A stretch of DNA of 64,000 nt, taken from assembly GCA_002104905.1 (NCBI GenBank), contig MCFE01000040.1:139614-203613 (forward strand), in the 5' to 3' direction. Shown in pieces: positions 1 to 17,499 of this stretch (the stretch's first letter is position 1; every line of letters begins with the position of its first letter). The stretch is from Basidiobolus meristosporus CBS 931.73. Taxonomy: Eukaryota > Fungi > Basidiobolomycota. The notes under the pieces were generated by a model. The model was not told the DNA's origin. It was given only the letters and a program-made list of their open reading frames with translations, and made no database searches. The position numbers and the translations under genes are program-made.

Positions 1-1053
1 ACCTAAGCCGAAGAACACATCTCAAACACAAAATGTGGCTTGCTCAGAGAACTCGAACAAGGGTAAATCTTCCGTGTTACGAATGCAGCACCCTAATGAA
101 TTATCGGCAAAAAACCGAATGCACCCGCCGTATTTAGCCATCAGAGGTGTACTCACAGAGTAGACATGCATTCTTGATTTCTCGCACCCACTGAACAACC
201 ACCTTGCAGATAGTGTACGCTCATTCACCCCTCCCATGATACTGGTTAATGCAGCAAATCCCAAGAACCATCATTCCAGGGAATAACAACTGATCTTGAC
301 TAATTGGACAATGCACACTGTTTTTGGATGGCACTCTAACCTTAAGCTAGAGTGTTACTTGTAGATCGGGACGATAATCAATAAGATATCTATTGATCAG
401 GATCTGCTGGGAAGAGTGGTAGAGTGGATCCATGGTCGTTCCGACAAATACGTCATTCATCGTTCATGGAGCAAATTGGTCAGTTTAGTTTAATTGATTC
501 ATACTCTTAAGGACAGGTCACCTCTTTCGTACCCCAGATGTGCAGTGGAGATTTGCTCATCGGCAACATTTCAATCCAATCTAGGGAGTTTATCCGGCAT
601 TCCTGATACAAGCGGCTTTTTCCCAAAACTGGAGATGATTATGTGAGGACTATCCTTAGGCACTATCTGGGATGTTCAGTATAGAATAGTTCGCCCAGGA
701 GTGATGTGAAATCGATTACAAATCCAGCAGTCCGCAGCCTCTCGGGTAATTTTCCCTTCTCCGGACACGAGTATAGTAACTTCGCTGTAGAGGGAGGAGG
801 AAATGATCATCTTTACCCAAAGAGTCGAGTTTATTAGTAACAAAATGACTATACGAATGGGCAATATATTGGCCATTGAGAAGTGATTACAACAGGGATT
901 TGAAAGATATGGCTTTGGCGGTATGATATGGTACGAAAGAAACGGGCTAGTGATTATAACTTACAAATGGATTATCTCCGCACGTGCAACCATACGGCAC
1001 TAACATGATTATACGGGATTCTACGGTGTCTGCTGAATGCTGGCCAGATGCCT

Positions 1054-2037
1054 CTAGTAGCTAGACGCCGATACGATGTATCCCTTATTGACAATAATTC
1101 CACGGTTGCGTATAACCGAGGAATACTTTAGAACCCATCTTGGAGTGAGCTTGGCCTCCTCAACGGAAGAGACAATTCCATATTTGGCCAATAATGCGCT
1201 GAATCTTTCAGCGGGAAGTATGTCGGCGGAGTCGTGATGTGTCAGCAACTTGATGTTGTTAGTGGCTGCATAATCGAACACATCATCCGAAATAATACTG
1301 CTGTTGGGATCCATATGATTGATCTGAGGGGGAATCTGCACCTTCTTTGACAAGCTGGAGAGCTGACTGGGGGTGAACTCGTTAACACCAAGGAATTGGA
1401 TCACGCCCTCCCTGTGAAAATGCTCGATCTCATTCCAAGCAGGAATAATATCGTTCATGTCTTCCTGAAGGCTGTTTTCGGGAACTGATAGAACATAATC
1501 GTGGACATGGTCCACCCCCAGGTGACGCTTGATGTGCTCCAGAGATTCGGAAACATACGATGCTGGGAGGTGCGATGTACCATTGAGCTCAGGCAGGTAG
1601 AAGAGTTTGACTGCAGGATAATCGGTTAGACTTGATTGAAATCAAATAGCGAGCGGGCATAAGCTTACCAGAAACATCGAGCTCGTCTAAATCCTCGTCG
1701 TCGAGCTGGGACATACGACGGGTATCAGGAATTTCCAGATATTCATCTTCAGGAATATAAAAGCATGACCCTTGTTCCCGAAGAAACACCTTCAGAGTTT
1801 CATCCAGGGAAGATATAAGCTTCAAAAACGTTAACTTAGGCCCATGTAATGACCAGAATGTAATTAAGCTGTTACCTCATCTTGAGACCTACGCAATGCG
1901 CTATTGCGGATACCGGAAGCCCCGGCGTTCATCAAGTTTCCAGAGTATAACAAACATTTCTTGATAGGACATACAGGAGCAGCCTTGGTACGGCTAGTAC
2001 GGCTCTCAGAATAGTTCAAGGAGGCGGTGGTCAACAT
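1054..2037 (-). CDS. GCLM: Glutamate-cysteine ligase modifier subunit (aldo-keto reductase fold), 3 exons
   Basis: ATG at 2037 gives MLTTASLNY...LLYSGNLMN. GT-AG introns at about 1875-1820 and 1667-1622. C-terminus PRWVLKYSSVIRNRGIIVNKGYIV is typical of GCLM. Confidence 0.85.
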
Positions 2038-4248
2038 AATATATTTACAAATGTGATAAGTGAAACTTCAATATGGTATGTGTGTTTCCGAGGGTGATTG
2101 GGTTACGGAAATAGTAAAGACAGAGAGAGTGTGAGAGAGCGTATGGAAGCGGAGGGTCTCACAACTTGGTTTAAATAGTGCCGGAATGGTTTGAACGCAA
2201 CATTATGAGCAAGCATTATATATCCTGGATGAAACGCATATCCACGGATACTTGCTAGGAAAAAAGGAAAATCTCACTGGAGCAAAAAAAATCTTCGAAA
2301 ACAGTATGTGGAAGAAATGATTAGTAATGATCGATTATGCACCCGCTGATTGGTTGTCCCACATAGGGAATGATTATTTATTGAATCATTACTTTAAGTG
2401 TAGTTAGCCAAAAAAGGGCCATCTCTGATTTAATCAAAGTTGGAATAGATGTTTATGACAGTGTAGTTGACGTCGTGATCTTATCTTTAGCATCGCGACC
2501 AATCATGCGAGTAGCCATGGCGAATTCAGGTATGGATCCTGAGTCCTGGCAAATGGTGGTCTTGGTCGCGATTGTCAATTCATTCGGTTTCATGTATAGC
2601 AAACACATGCGCCTGTAAACACAATTAGAGGGCTACCATACTTTGAAAAGTTGTTTCGCACCAGCATGTGTTATTGTCGGGGAGCAGTTTATTCATGGCG
2701 GCGCCCCTCCCATTGACGGCATTACGACATCGATGAGGTTGATATATTCATATGAATGTGGATTCTGAGCACTGGTTGCGGTTTTATTTATCAGGTAATT
2801 TACGTTCTTGAGATGCTCCCGTGCATCTCCCTTCATATGACAGTGCCTAGATTCAGCATTAGCGATTGTTTATCCAAAGCCATGATATTGCGACATCTCG
2901 TTAGCTGCACAGAAGCATCCCTTACGCTTGGTATTATTAATCAGGTTCTCATATGATATACAAAAGTGTATATGTTAAATCCAGATCGAGTGTAACTGGA
3001 AATTTCACTTAAACAGCTAGTTTTGAGCTATGACAGGACTTGAAAAGCCAGATTTAGCTAATCATTCTTTCGGCGTGGATGCAACGAGATAACATTATGC
3101 TTGTTCTATTTTTAGTCAATCTTAGATACCATCTTATTTCATTCTCCGATTGTGACGTGCAGCATCAAAGTCAAGGTTTCATCTATTGCATTGTAGCATG
3201 AAATTGTGGATACAATCCAAGACCCGAAACAAGCCAGAGTCTTTCTTATTTCCAGCTTTTATAATGTCCAGAAACGAAGTTGTTTGGCTTGTATTCCAAA
3301 CCCATTGGTTTCGATATTGGCTCGTGTGCTATCCTTTGATCCGTGATGATTGAAATACTGCAGCTTTTGCCAGTTGGCTGGTGTCATTAAGGAATGCATT
3401 AGTCCTGGTGCTGAGTGTTCGGCCACTTCGTCGGTTTCTGAAAACTGGATACCCTCATATTTAAATTACGCTTGGCTAGAACAGGGTGTTCATACCATGC
3501 AGATGCTTGTATGCTGAGAGGCTGTCACCTGAAAATTATCAAGACTAATGAAATCTAATAGTCCATCAAGGTGTGTGGTCACTAAATGGGATCTTTTTCC
3601 ACGCCTACTTATATTGATATGATAATTGCTCTATTTTTGAAAGAAAGCTGGGAGGTTAATGGTTTTCGTGATTCTTGCTCATATCCCATCATCCATTTTT
3701 CGCAACATAAATCAGGAACTTTAAAATATTCAAGAGACCTTGGGTGCTCTGCTTTCAGATGTGATTTTCCTTTGTCCGGATTTAGTTTAGCACGTACGCG
3801 GTCTATTGGACGTGTTACAGTCATGACTACCGCGCTTATTAACCAAGTGTATATGGCATGCGATAATAATCATGTTCATTCATCAGCTTCCTTAGAGGTA
3901 AAATTCGATTGAACAATCGAAATAAAAACCATTGGTAATTAATTACTCGCATGTTGGTAGATGTCAACTCGCGTCGACAGCTAATCAACCTCCTTTCCTT
4001 GTCACGTGATAATATTCTATGTCCAAGTTGTACTGCAGTTAAGAGCGGGGTATTAAAATTAGTTAACACATTGCATTGTCAAAATATCGTTTTTGACTCT
4101 ATTCCTGGTCTACCTAAGAATTACATAGTGAATAGCTTCACTTTTAAAGCTTTAACCTGTACAATATCCAAGTCACCCTCACTCTGTGTTTTGAGTTTTT
4201 CGTTATCGTTTCCTCTCTCAATTACGTCATATAAGTTGATTCAGCGCG

Positions 4249-6820
4249 ATGGGCATCTTGGTTCAAGCATCACTTGCCCAAGATGCTGTTTTCTTTGCTG
4301 GGGATAAAATATCTTGTACCATAACCTTTTATCATCAACCGTCAAACGCAGCACATCCTTTGTCTAAATCCGTCAACGCCGGCGAGTGCTCCTTTGATGA
4401 TTCCGCCACGGATCTAGAGAGTATACCTGAAAGTGGAAGATCAAGCCTAGACTCGATATACACGCAACAATCTATGGATTCCCTAGATAGCCGCTTTACT
4501 AATCTGTTTATCGCTCCAAATTTTTCGGGTTATGGGAATAAGCATCAGGCCGATTTTTTCAATAACTCCCCGGTTGCTAATAAGAATCCAGAACATCGAC
4601 TTTATCAAGATCCTGAAGATGCGAGCTTGTTCAATTTGAAGTTTGTGCGGAGAAAAACCGCCTCGTTGTCTTCTTGGTTCAGCTTCTCTGGTTCTTCGGA
4701 TACCTCGAATTCGAGAAAAGCTCCGGTAAACTTAGGTAAGGTGGAATATCTTTCTTATTAGTTTATTGCGCTATTAAGAAGTCGGTGCTTCTAAGACTTC
4801 GTAGCCGATCTCGCTATTTTCATTTGCTTTTTCTCACTAATTGATATGCTGATATGAAGATGGTGTTAAATCATCTGTTTCAAACGGATACGGAAACCTA
4901 CAACGCACCCAATCCTCAGACGGCCTGACGGCGCCTTTAAGTAATGAACTTATTTTTAGCTGACACGTGCGAGGTTGTTGCACTCTAACCCGATTCATCA
5001 CACAACAGGCCCGAAATCAGCATCTATGGCTAGGTCATCCTCATCTCCATGCGCTAGCTTTAAAACAGAATACCTGATGTGGGGGTTTGCCCAAGTCGTG
5101 GGGCATTTTGTCATTAATGGAAGCATCATAAAGTTTGATGAGTTCGAATCCCTCAAATCCAAAACCATGTATCGCTCTGCCAACGGTATAGGGTCTGGAG
5201 GAAGTGTGGGAGGCGGAATTATTGGAGTTCCAACTGCTGGCGGAACGACATCCTCCGTAGCCGAGCTTCAGAAAGGAGGTTAGTGTGTTGAATTGGCCTG
5301 AAGTACTCTTATAGTCGGAGAAGATCCAAACTCAACTATGCGATTTTATGAAGATGGAAAAATGTTGCCAGTCCTTTCAACTCCTCCATCCATTCTATTC
5401 TGCGATCTTGAGTTAGCGCCTGGGGAATCCAAGTCTTGTAAGTTTTGCACCATCACGGGATTCGCGTCTTTCGCTATTTAGACTTGCTAATGAGCTATGC
5501 GGTAAATTAGATACTTTCGATTTTACGTTGCCTGTTGTTTTACCCCCTTCTCATCGAGGTAAAGCAATTCGCGTATCGTACAATTTTTTGTTGGGCGCCC
5601 AAAGGGGCGGCCATCATTCTAGAGCACAGATTGTTCAAATGCCATTTAGAGTTTTCTCCAAGTTAAATTGTAAGCCTTACATGAGATCATTTATATTGGA
5701 CACACATGCCAACAGTTCCTCTCGTAGCAACCGGGTTCCCCAGCCCCTACGATCTCATGAGCCCAACAATCATAAACAAGGACGAGGCCACCGTTGACTG
5801 TGCACGAAAGGATACTGCTGAAGAGCAAAAGAAAGTGAACAAAGGTTGGCTATATGTTGTCGTTTCTTTCGGACCATTAGCTGTGTTTTATTGACGTGGT
5901 TGAAATAGATGTACCTACGGATGCTATCATTGATAAGATCTTTTCGTTGTCCTCAGCCGACTCTGCACACACTTCGGAAGAATCTGCGAGCATCTCCTCT
6001 CTTTCAGCCACCAACGAAGCGAAAAACATTCCTGACCAAGGGAAATCTCTTGAAATTGCCTCTTCGGTTTGTCAGAAGTTCAGTAAAGGTATTCTACGCG
6101 ATAGATTTGTTCGACTTGTGAGTAATTGTATTGTCTGACTGTTTGTACAGTGACATTCAATATCAGCAAAGGAGACGAGCCACTTGCACAGTTTAGTATG
6201 ATGAAGACAGCATTTCAGCTTGGTGACGTAGTTACTGGTACCTTGATGTTCACAAATACATTCGAACGTTGCTACCAGGTAGGTCGGCATTCTTCTTGAA
6301 GAACCGGGTGTGGCGAGCTAACATCCCCACCAAATCCATTCCAAGGTTTCTGTTACTCTGGAATCAATGGAGGTGGTAGAAACCCCTTTCGCCAACAAAT
6401 CCCCAAAGCAGATCGAAACGAATACAAGAAAAATCCATGCCGAGCATCATGAATTCTGCCTCAATACGCTTCGCACCAACATCATGTTGAGTATTCCGCC
6501 GTATTGCACACCTGGCTTTAAAACATCAGCTGGTAACATATTCACTTCAACCTTTGATCCGCCAAGGCGGCCGGCCGTGTTAACCACTCCTCATTCATTT
6601 AGTATCGCTGGAATGGTATTTGAGAATCAAGTTGATCATCGGTGTCAATGAGAGACTTCCCATGCGACCAACTCACTACGACGTTAATCACACGCATATC
6701 AAGGCGATTGATTATGCCGACTCGGAAACGTTTGATTGTCGAGTTCCGATTCAAATATACCCAGTGAGCTATGGCTCGGCTCGGATTTACAATCATGTTC
6801 AAATATTTCCAATCTCTTAA
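4249..6820 (+). CDS. RGP1: Rgp1-family (Ric1-Rgp1 GEF subunit) protein, multi-exon
   Basis: N-terminus MGILVQASLAQDAVFFAGDKISCTITF, then YLMWGFAQVVGHF, STPPSILFCDLEL, LPPSHRGKAIRVSYNF and C-terminal FDCRVPIQIYP, spread over several ORF fragments. Confidence 0.8.
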
Positions 6821-7214
6821 AGGAACATGAACGAATTTTGAAAGTCAAGAAGACTTCGTGTATATTTTCTTCGTCTTCAACCACATTAAAATAATGTATT
6901 AATCGGTAGACTTCATTCTACGCTTATTCTATCCGCTCAGATGTTTTGTCCGCACGGGCGCTTTTACAGGCTGCATGCTAATACACTATCACCACCCACC
7001 TCTTGCTTCCAGCTGCCCTTACCGAGTCATTGGCTCGTTGTCCAATAGGGAGGAATAAATCTTAACATAGAGAAACATTTCTGCACTTGACGGGCACATG
7101 GTGAGCATATAGGGTGTGGTGCCCAGAGGTTCAATAGATTGAGGTCTGCCAGTTTAAAGCAGCTTTTATTGAATGCCGTTTATAAGATGAAAAATTGATG
7201 AAACAAATAAGCCT

Positions 7215-7655
7215 TTAAATAGAGGACTTGGCCAAAGTAGTCTTGGACTTTGGCTTCTTGGCCATACCGTCGACCTTGGGAGGAAGCAACTTCCAGGTAC
7301 TGGGGTTCTTTGTCCAACCCTTGCGTTGAAGCAAAATCTCCAAATCACGCTTCATGGCAATACCGAACTCACTGTACAATTTATCGTCACGAGTACTCAG
7401 CAAATACCGGTCAAGTCCGCCCTTTTTGTCAATTGTACGGAGGGCAGAGGCAGTGACCTTGATCTTGAACATTTTATCGTGTAGCTGAGAGTATAGCTGC
7501 TTCTCTTGGACGTTGGGCAACCAACGGCGACGGGTTTTGTGGTTGGACTCGGGCTTGTTGTTACCGAATTGAATCTTCTTCCCGTTGAAGAGACCACGTT
7601 GAGCACGCTTGAAGGTATCCTTGCAGGCGTTGAGCATCGGTTCGGTTAGGAACAT
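7215..7655 (-). CDS. MRPL24: Mitochondrial ribosomal protein bL28m (MrpL24-like)
   Basis: 146-aa ORF with FKRAQRGLFNGKKIQFGN...KTRRRWLPNV...IKVTASALRTIDKKGGLDRYLL. Confidence 0.9.
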   Translation of the reverse strand: MFLTEPMLNACKDTFKRAQRGLFNGKKIQFGNNKPESNHKTRRRWLPNVQEKQLYSQLHDKMFKIKVTASALRTIDKKGGLDRYLLSTRDDKLYSEFGIAMKRDLEILLQRKGWTKNPSTWKLLPPKVDGMAKKPKSKTTLAKSSI

Positions 7656-10415
7656 GTTTTCTTTCGAATTTCTATGTGACTCGGTGAAGTGAAAGGAGTA
7701 CTGGAGGTAAAGCTCTGATAGTTAGCTATGGACTTGCTACGTTGGAGCTAGAAACACAAAGTTCAAGGTAAACTCACTCGAAATGCACCTTTCTACTGCA
7801 AATCTTTCACCGCTCACTTTCAATCTATCTGTCAATTTTTTCCACCCATTATTCAAAAATTGATCAAGCCGGGGGGTTATATCACGTGACCTTAGGGATT
7901 TCCCATTCATTGCCCTGATAAATTCACGACGTTTCCCCAAACTTATGAAAATTTATATCGAAGCAGAGTCAAATCTAATGGATACTCCAACAATTTCCTT
8001 CTTGGATTGGAGCCTGGGGATGAGAATTTAACCAGGAATTAATCACCATTAGTAACCCAGTTTAATTTTTTGGCTTTACCATAGCGATATGTTCAAAACT
8101 GCTGGGAGTCAAGAGCGCTACTATGTTGACTTGATGCTGCCAACTTAGTACGCTTACCTCGAAATATCTCGAGAGACGCAGGTTAAATCGACCAGCCGAA
8201 TCCCCCATTCGGATTGAGCTCTAAGTCACAAGTGGTTTTAGAAGTTGGTGTATTCAAATGATGGTGAGTTCGGTCGATATGCCGAAGTTGAGTTTTCCGA
8301 AGGTTATGTTCTGACAAAGGGAAGTCTATTTCGCTCAACCGTGGCCCCTACGTCATGACATGAGGTGGGCTTCATATCTTGGACAGAGCAATAAACCGTT
8401 CTCAGAGGCCAGCTGTCCCCAAGTCGACAATACCCGGCCGCCCAACGATTTCGAAATCACGCAAGTCCCCTCTACAACCATCCACCGGATCGAAATATAA
8501 AACATGGCCAAACGTATGCCAAAGTGGAGATATGAAGAGTTAGTGGGCTTTTCTGACCACATCCCCGGACAATAAACCTAGTAATTTGCTGAGCCACTCG
8601 CGATATCTTCACAGACCCTCACCAGCCAAGGTATTCCCAGGGAAGCAACGGTACCCGGGTAGCTCCGAACGCTGAGACATTACCAAGAAAGCCATGTTCC
8701 CATGCAGGCTCGGTAGCAAAACCGTGGCTCAGAACAGCTATTCCCAATGCACAGGCTGATACGAAAGTTACACTGGCTAGATCGAACATGCCACAATACT
8801 GAAATTGTCAGCGATGAGTGGGGATTGATTTTGAATCAGCTCTTCTGCGCAAGGACGCACTGGGTTTGCAGTTGCTTTTTCGGATTGGGGCTTTTACTTG
8901 TGGGTGACCCAGCAGGGAAACCTTTGAAACATCGTTGTCATGAGGCCCAACAAATCGAGTGGTGCATGGTCAGATATGGCGGCAGAGTCCGGATATAGCT
9001 AACAATCTAATATAATAGGCCTCCGTTGATTTCTGTCTGAAGTGCTGGGATTCGGTCATATGAATCGGTGGCGAGTGCTCTCCCAGAGCCAAAAACTCAC
9101 CCAGGGCGATTCCGCAAACCAACTCTAAATCCTAAAACCAGAGGTTTCATATCGCCATCAACATCGTTGGCCCATGGGTGGGGAATCTTACCCAAGAACA
9201 GTGATCTGTCTGAGTTGCTTGTACTGTACAGAGGTCAGCTTGGCTCGCAGTCCAGCCAAACATAGCTCACAAGCATGTAGGCTATGGACAGGAGTTCACA
9301 AATAAATGGCGAATCCCACTGTGATCCTATCAGCACACTCCGTCTGCAGTGGTAAATCTGTATTCTAGGCTGAGGACGATTACCCAGACACTGGTTCACT
9401 TGCTATGCAAGTATCTGAGTTCTCCAACCAGATGTAAGTTCTTTGATTGCTGCTCTGTAACATCAGGTTGGCGTCTAGTTGGCTAATTCTTATTCTATTA
9501 ACATGGTCATTTGAACCATCAATAACCTATTATATCCACCCTCACGAATCCAATAGACTGGATCCATAACCCTTAGCGGTATTCACGCGTTCAGCCCTGC
9601 ATTGCACCATCCCACACCGCCACTGACCAAACACACGATGCATACAATCTGCTCTGGGAAGATAAGAATGGCAACCGAAAGCCCGAATTCGGTATATTCT
9701 CTTGCCATCCTTTCGGAGTCTGCCAGCGGTTTCCAGATTTCGATTAACGTTTCAAGGGCTACCGAGTAGTTTACTAGTAACTGAGTTCGGACGAACGAGT
9801 ATGGAAACTGGCCCAAAGTAGGCAAGATCGTTTTGGAAATCCATCGAAAAATCACTCTAAGCCTCCTTGGATACGACGAACGCGATCTAGAAGCCAGTGG
9901 AGAGCCATCATTTCCGTCAACCTCAGCTTGATGTTCGCGCTACCATGGAATTCTAGATTCGGGCCATGCTGCCAACACACTCTGGCTATCTCTTCGCCAT
10001 TTATGGTCTCCATGCTGGTGTACCAAATCCATTTCTCACCCGCACCTCTTGGATTAAGCATTTTTATTGATTTTCTCAGGGATTCTATCGAGTTGAAGGG
10101 AACAGTCAGTTCTTACACATATTTCAATTTGATTGTCATATTCTACTAATATAATGCCATTAAGCTCAATTAATACTAATGCAATATAATATGTACATGA
10201 TGAGCAACTTGGTGGGTTTCGGGATGAAGGAAGGGTGCTGCTATGTCAGATGAATAGCACCGATGCGACAATATAGGTCGGGAACTTGGAGGCCAACCCA
10301 TATGAAATGCAATGTATATAGTCACATGCAATAGGTGCTACAGAGATGTTCAGAGGTTGAATCAACGGTGTCATCAAGCACGTAGCAGGCTAAATGACAA
10401 CCTCTACGATCAACT

Positions 10416-11117
10416 CTACATCGGGGGCCGAGGGTCGGTGGTGGGCCCAGGTGCTTGCGGATCCTCCGGTGGATGGTAGAGTAGATGACGATGGAGGTGC
10501 TCCATACGGTCAAACTTCATGTTGCATCCAAGTACTTGACAAGGATATATTGTGGAGGAAGTGGTCCATGGATTATATGAATATGTAACAGATGTGAATG
10601 AGAGTTCCTCTAAGCTCGGGAGGGACGGCACCAATTGCCCGTGCGCCCCAGGACTGGATAGTGAAGGAAGTGGCCGCTCATCCATGTTAAATATCGAGCG
10701 TATACTAGGCAAAGTTGGGCTGGTCACCATCGGAGTGCTGGCATTGGGCGCCTGTGAGTTGCCCAGGTCGGTTTGTATATGGAGTTGACCCTTGTTCGCT
10801 TGTGTGGTGGCGACAGGATCGCGAACGCGATTGTATTTAGGAGGCTTTTCGGTAGCAGTGGGTGAAGCCGGCTCTCTCTTGCGCTTCACATGATCACTGA
10901 GGGAGCTACTGCGCACATGCGGAAGGCCGCCTTGAGAATGCGAAAGGCATGTTTCACAATACTCTGAATCACAACGTGAAAAGGTGTTCATGTGATGCTC
11001 TAATACGTGCCTTTTCACCAGATCGTAGGCTCTAAACTTACAACTACAATTTCCGAACGGACACGAATACCAAGTGTCGGGGATTTGGCGGGGATGAACT
11101 TTATCAGCAACTTGCAT
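10416..11117 (-). CDS. C2H2 zinc-finger protein with two widely spaced fingers
   Basis: CPFGNCSCKFRAYDLVKRHVLEHH and CQVLGCNMKFDRMEHLHRHLLYH, with a PTLPSIRSIF motif between them. First ATG is at 11117. Confidence 0.65.
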   Translation of the reverse strand: MQVADKVHPRQIPDTWYSCPFGNCSCKFRAYDLVKRHVLEHHMNTFSRCDSEYCETCLSHSQGGLPHVRSSSLSDHVKRKREPASPTATEKPPKYNRVRDPVATTQANKGQLHIQTDLGNSQAPNASTPMVTSPTLPSIRSIFNMDERPLPSLSSPGAHGQLVPSLPSLEELSFTSVTYSYNPWTTSSTIYPCQVLGCNMKFDRMEHLHRHLLYHPPEDPQAPGPTTDPRPPM

Positions 11118-12838
11118 TTTCCGTGGAGTAGCGGTTCTGGTGTCCGAGGGTTTATGTGAATGGGTAAGGGAGGAAAAGGGAGATCTAAAAAACTTGCGGA
11201 AAACTGGTCGCGTAAGCGTTAGAAGCGACAAAAGAGTTCACCAAAAAAATAAAGAAATACCTGGTATGCTCGGAAGCTATGCGAAGTGGGTCTAATATGT
11301 ATAAGGTTCACCAGTTTATATTCAATTAATAAAAATGATAGTACACGGTCTTAATGACTGAGCAAGTTACAGGTGAGCTTTCATCACGGACAACCAATTC
11401 TTATATACTTAGCAGGTAGATCTCCTGAGTCCCGTCGATTGCCCCGGGGTAAGAAATCAAGGATTTGTTTGACCTCATATTAGGGTGAAAGGATGTGCAC
11501 AATTGAATGGAGTTGCAAAGAAGGCCATCGTAAAAATATAATTCCAGCAACCTCAACACCTCCAATCATGAAAACTAAGGCTTGGACTAAAAAGATCTGG
11601 ATCCCGAATAATCCACAATGAAAGGGAGACTCTCACCCTATATTGGTTGATTGGTGAAGCTCGATTTTCTCGGAACTCAAGTCAAAAAACATCATATATG
11701 AAAGGCATGCCAATACCAGGGCCGATACCAGGAGGTTGATAAATCTGGGTATTTTCCGATAACAAATATACGCGTCTTCAAAGTATCATTCATAGCAATC
11801 GTCACCACTGCGATGATGGCGGATTCCAGCTGCTTCGTCACATTACACAAATATAGGTCCCCCTCCAGTTACTGATAACGTGTCTGTGAAAATTATTCGG
11901 ATTCCACGTCAAATATGCCAACCGTTCTCTTGCTTGTTTGCACATTGCACAAGACAGTCACAGCTGAATGGGTGAGCCGCTTTATTCGATTATACCGATT
12001 TTGGTTGTGACCTAGGCACAGGAAGATCAGTGTAACCATATTGGTCAGATATTTTTTTCAGAGCTCATGTCGTATTTAGTAACGGTTTGACACAGCCGCC
12101 GATACTGTAGCGTTTTGTTTGGTACGATGAGAGAGGATATTCTCATGGATGAGGCCGGCGCGAATATCGACAGTAAATCCAAGTCCCAAACCGGCATCTT
12201 ATGATGAAGCAACCTCGCTGCTGGAGTAATATGTACCTGTAAATTTGCAAAGTCCAGGTAAACCATTCTGTTCAATTTGTTCAACCGAACGATTTACAGG
12301 ACATATGACAATGCAATCGCAAATACAGACTTGTTTGACATTAATATCGTTAAGGTTTCAGAACAAAATTAAAAACCAAGCTATATTAGTACGAGATTAG
12401 GTAAACTAACAGGTATGATAAATGTGTGATTAGCGGGCACATTAGTCCTTACACTCTCGCAGTTGCACCGATAAAGCGGAGTGTTACCAAGGTGACGTTG
12501 CCACTAGCTTCAATTACCTTTAATAGAGTGGCAATGTAAATACACGAATATTAAGGATCAAATCCTCGGATAAAGCTACTTGGCATAGCCATATTAGATG
12601 ATGGAAGTATAGATAGCGCTAATGGTTCTGGTGATGTAACGGTGGACGGAGTTAGGTGTGTGCATATTTTAAGGGGTGTCGTAGAGTCAAGAGACAAAAA
12701 ATACTATAAAGCGGTAGAGATTAAATATCGCTGATCTAATACGGCCAAGTCTTAGATAATTCAGTATTGTTACTTGAACTGGATCGGTCTCTACTCACTC
12801 GTGGTTTTAAGCACGTATTTGACTGCTCAAGCGTGCCG

Positions 12839-15983
<3,145 letters not shown>

Positions 15984-16915
15984 GCAACGGCCGGACGTCT
16001 GAATACCAAGAGTTTGACGTTTGTTTTATTTACTTTCCGACTCAAAGACTATGTGAAACCTCCTACCATCGCAACCTCGGGATCACTGGAGACTATCGGG
16101 TTAGCTGAGCATTCGTACCCGCTCACATTCGGAATCTCCATCCTTTATGTGCTATATTTTGGTAAGCTAAAGCGAAAAGCCTTCGACAAATATGAAGCGT
16201 GACGAGCAAAGTAGACGCTTGTTATAGGTGCAGAGTTGGATTGAACGGTGAGAGACCGGAGCCTAGTGGAAATACCTAAATATCATGATAATACAGGAAT
16301 AAAAGTTTTGTTTGCGCATAGAGTAAAATTCCGACTTGATGGAAATCAGGGAATCGTCATCTCTATACACATCTTCATCATCCCTTAGCTATGGGGTATT
16401 GGTATTAGGTGTTAGAGCGGCTTTACTGATTTTGAAACTTCGGTGTCGCAAGAAATGAACTGTCATGGTGTGTGATAAATTCCCCATGTGAAACTACCGA
16501 CATGCGTTATTTTAGGTTATAGGTTAAAACGTATCCAATGTTGAAATGCGTCGGAGGAAATCGATGTTTGAATCCATTTAGAGGCGGAGATAAGTCCGAA
16601 GCCGTTTTAGGGTTAGCCCGTACGGTTCATGTGCTCTACTGCCTTCCTATATTGGTGAGCATTGATCCACCAGGGAGATTACCATCCATCTGATTAAACC
16701 TGCCAAATAATCATATCTAATTGCCATTATGACTCGGCATCAAAGATATCTATGAGATTAAATTGAGATCATCAACACCAATATATCCTTTTATAAGTGC
16801 ATCTCTGGCTTCGAAAGCCGAGCCGTCTCTTAGAAATCCCATGTCACTGTACTTATCCTTTGTATCTACTCTGCGCAAGGGAAGCCTTAGATCCCCCGTC
16901 CAGTTGGTGTGTCGC

Positions 16916-17281
16916 ATGTCATCCACCACCACCCAACAAAAGCTCCATGAAGCGCAAGAAGAATACCGAAAGGTAGCCAGTAAACTGGCTAAGCAAATAG
17001 GCGCCTCTCCCAACGACGAGCTTATTGAGCGCCTCGAAATCGACCTTGCGATTGCTCGCCAGAAGGTTAAGCGTTTTCAACTTTTGGCCGACAAAGCCTC
17101 CCCCAAAGAAGAGACGCGCGGTAGTCTCAACGCTCGCGAGTTTCTGGTTGCTAGTTTAAGTGGCGAGATATCTCCCGAAATGGTGAAGAATGTGCAGGAA
17201 AAGATTCCTGATGTCAAGATAACCCCCACCTACACTAACCTGAAGGATATTGCCAAGGGCTTATCGCAGGAGGTGAAATGA
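16916..17281 (+). CDS. Hypothetical 121-aa coiled-coil protein
   Basis: ATG at 16916 inside the 172-aa ORF. Helical, charged composition; no family recognised. Confidence 0.5.
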   Translation: MSSTTTQQKLHEAQEEYRKVASKLAKQIGASPNDELIERLEIDLAIARQKVKRFQLLADKASPKEETRGSLNAREFLVASLSGEISPEMVKNVQEKIPDVKITPTYTNLKDIAKGLSQEVK

Positions 17282-17499
17282 TCGGCCTATCCATTAATCA
17301 CCATCAGTCCAATATTTATTAAACTATCGTAATACACTATGCTTTGATCTGAGAACTCTGGTTTGATGTACGTGCACCAGAGCAAGTTGCTTTACAAAGC
17401 CGAGGAAACCCTGCTTGGAGCCAATGGTTACCAAGTGAGTGTTGGGGTGGTCTTTCTGTGTGGGATATGGATATTTATTGAGAATTCACGAACATCAGG

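Noticed and set aside
8000-10150. Scattered short ORFs
   Set aside because: No coherent gene model or homology could be supported by eye.
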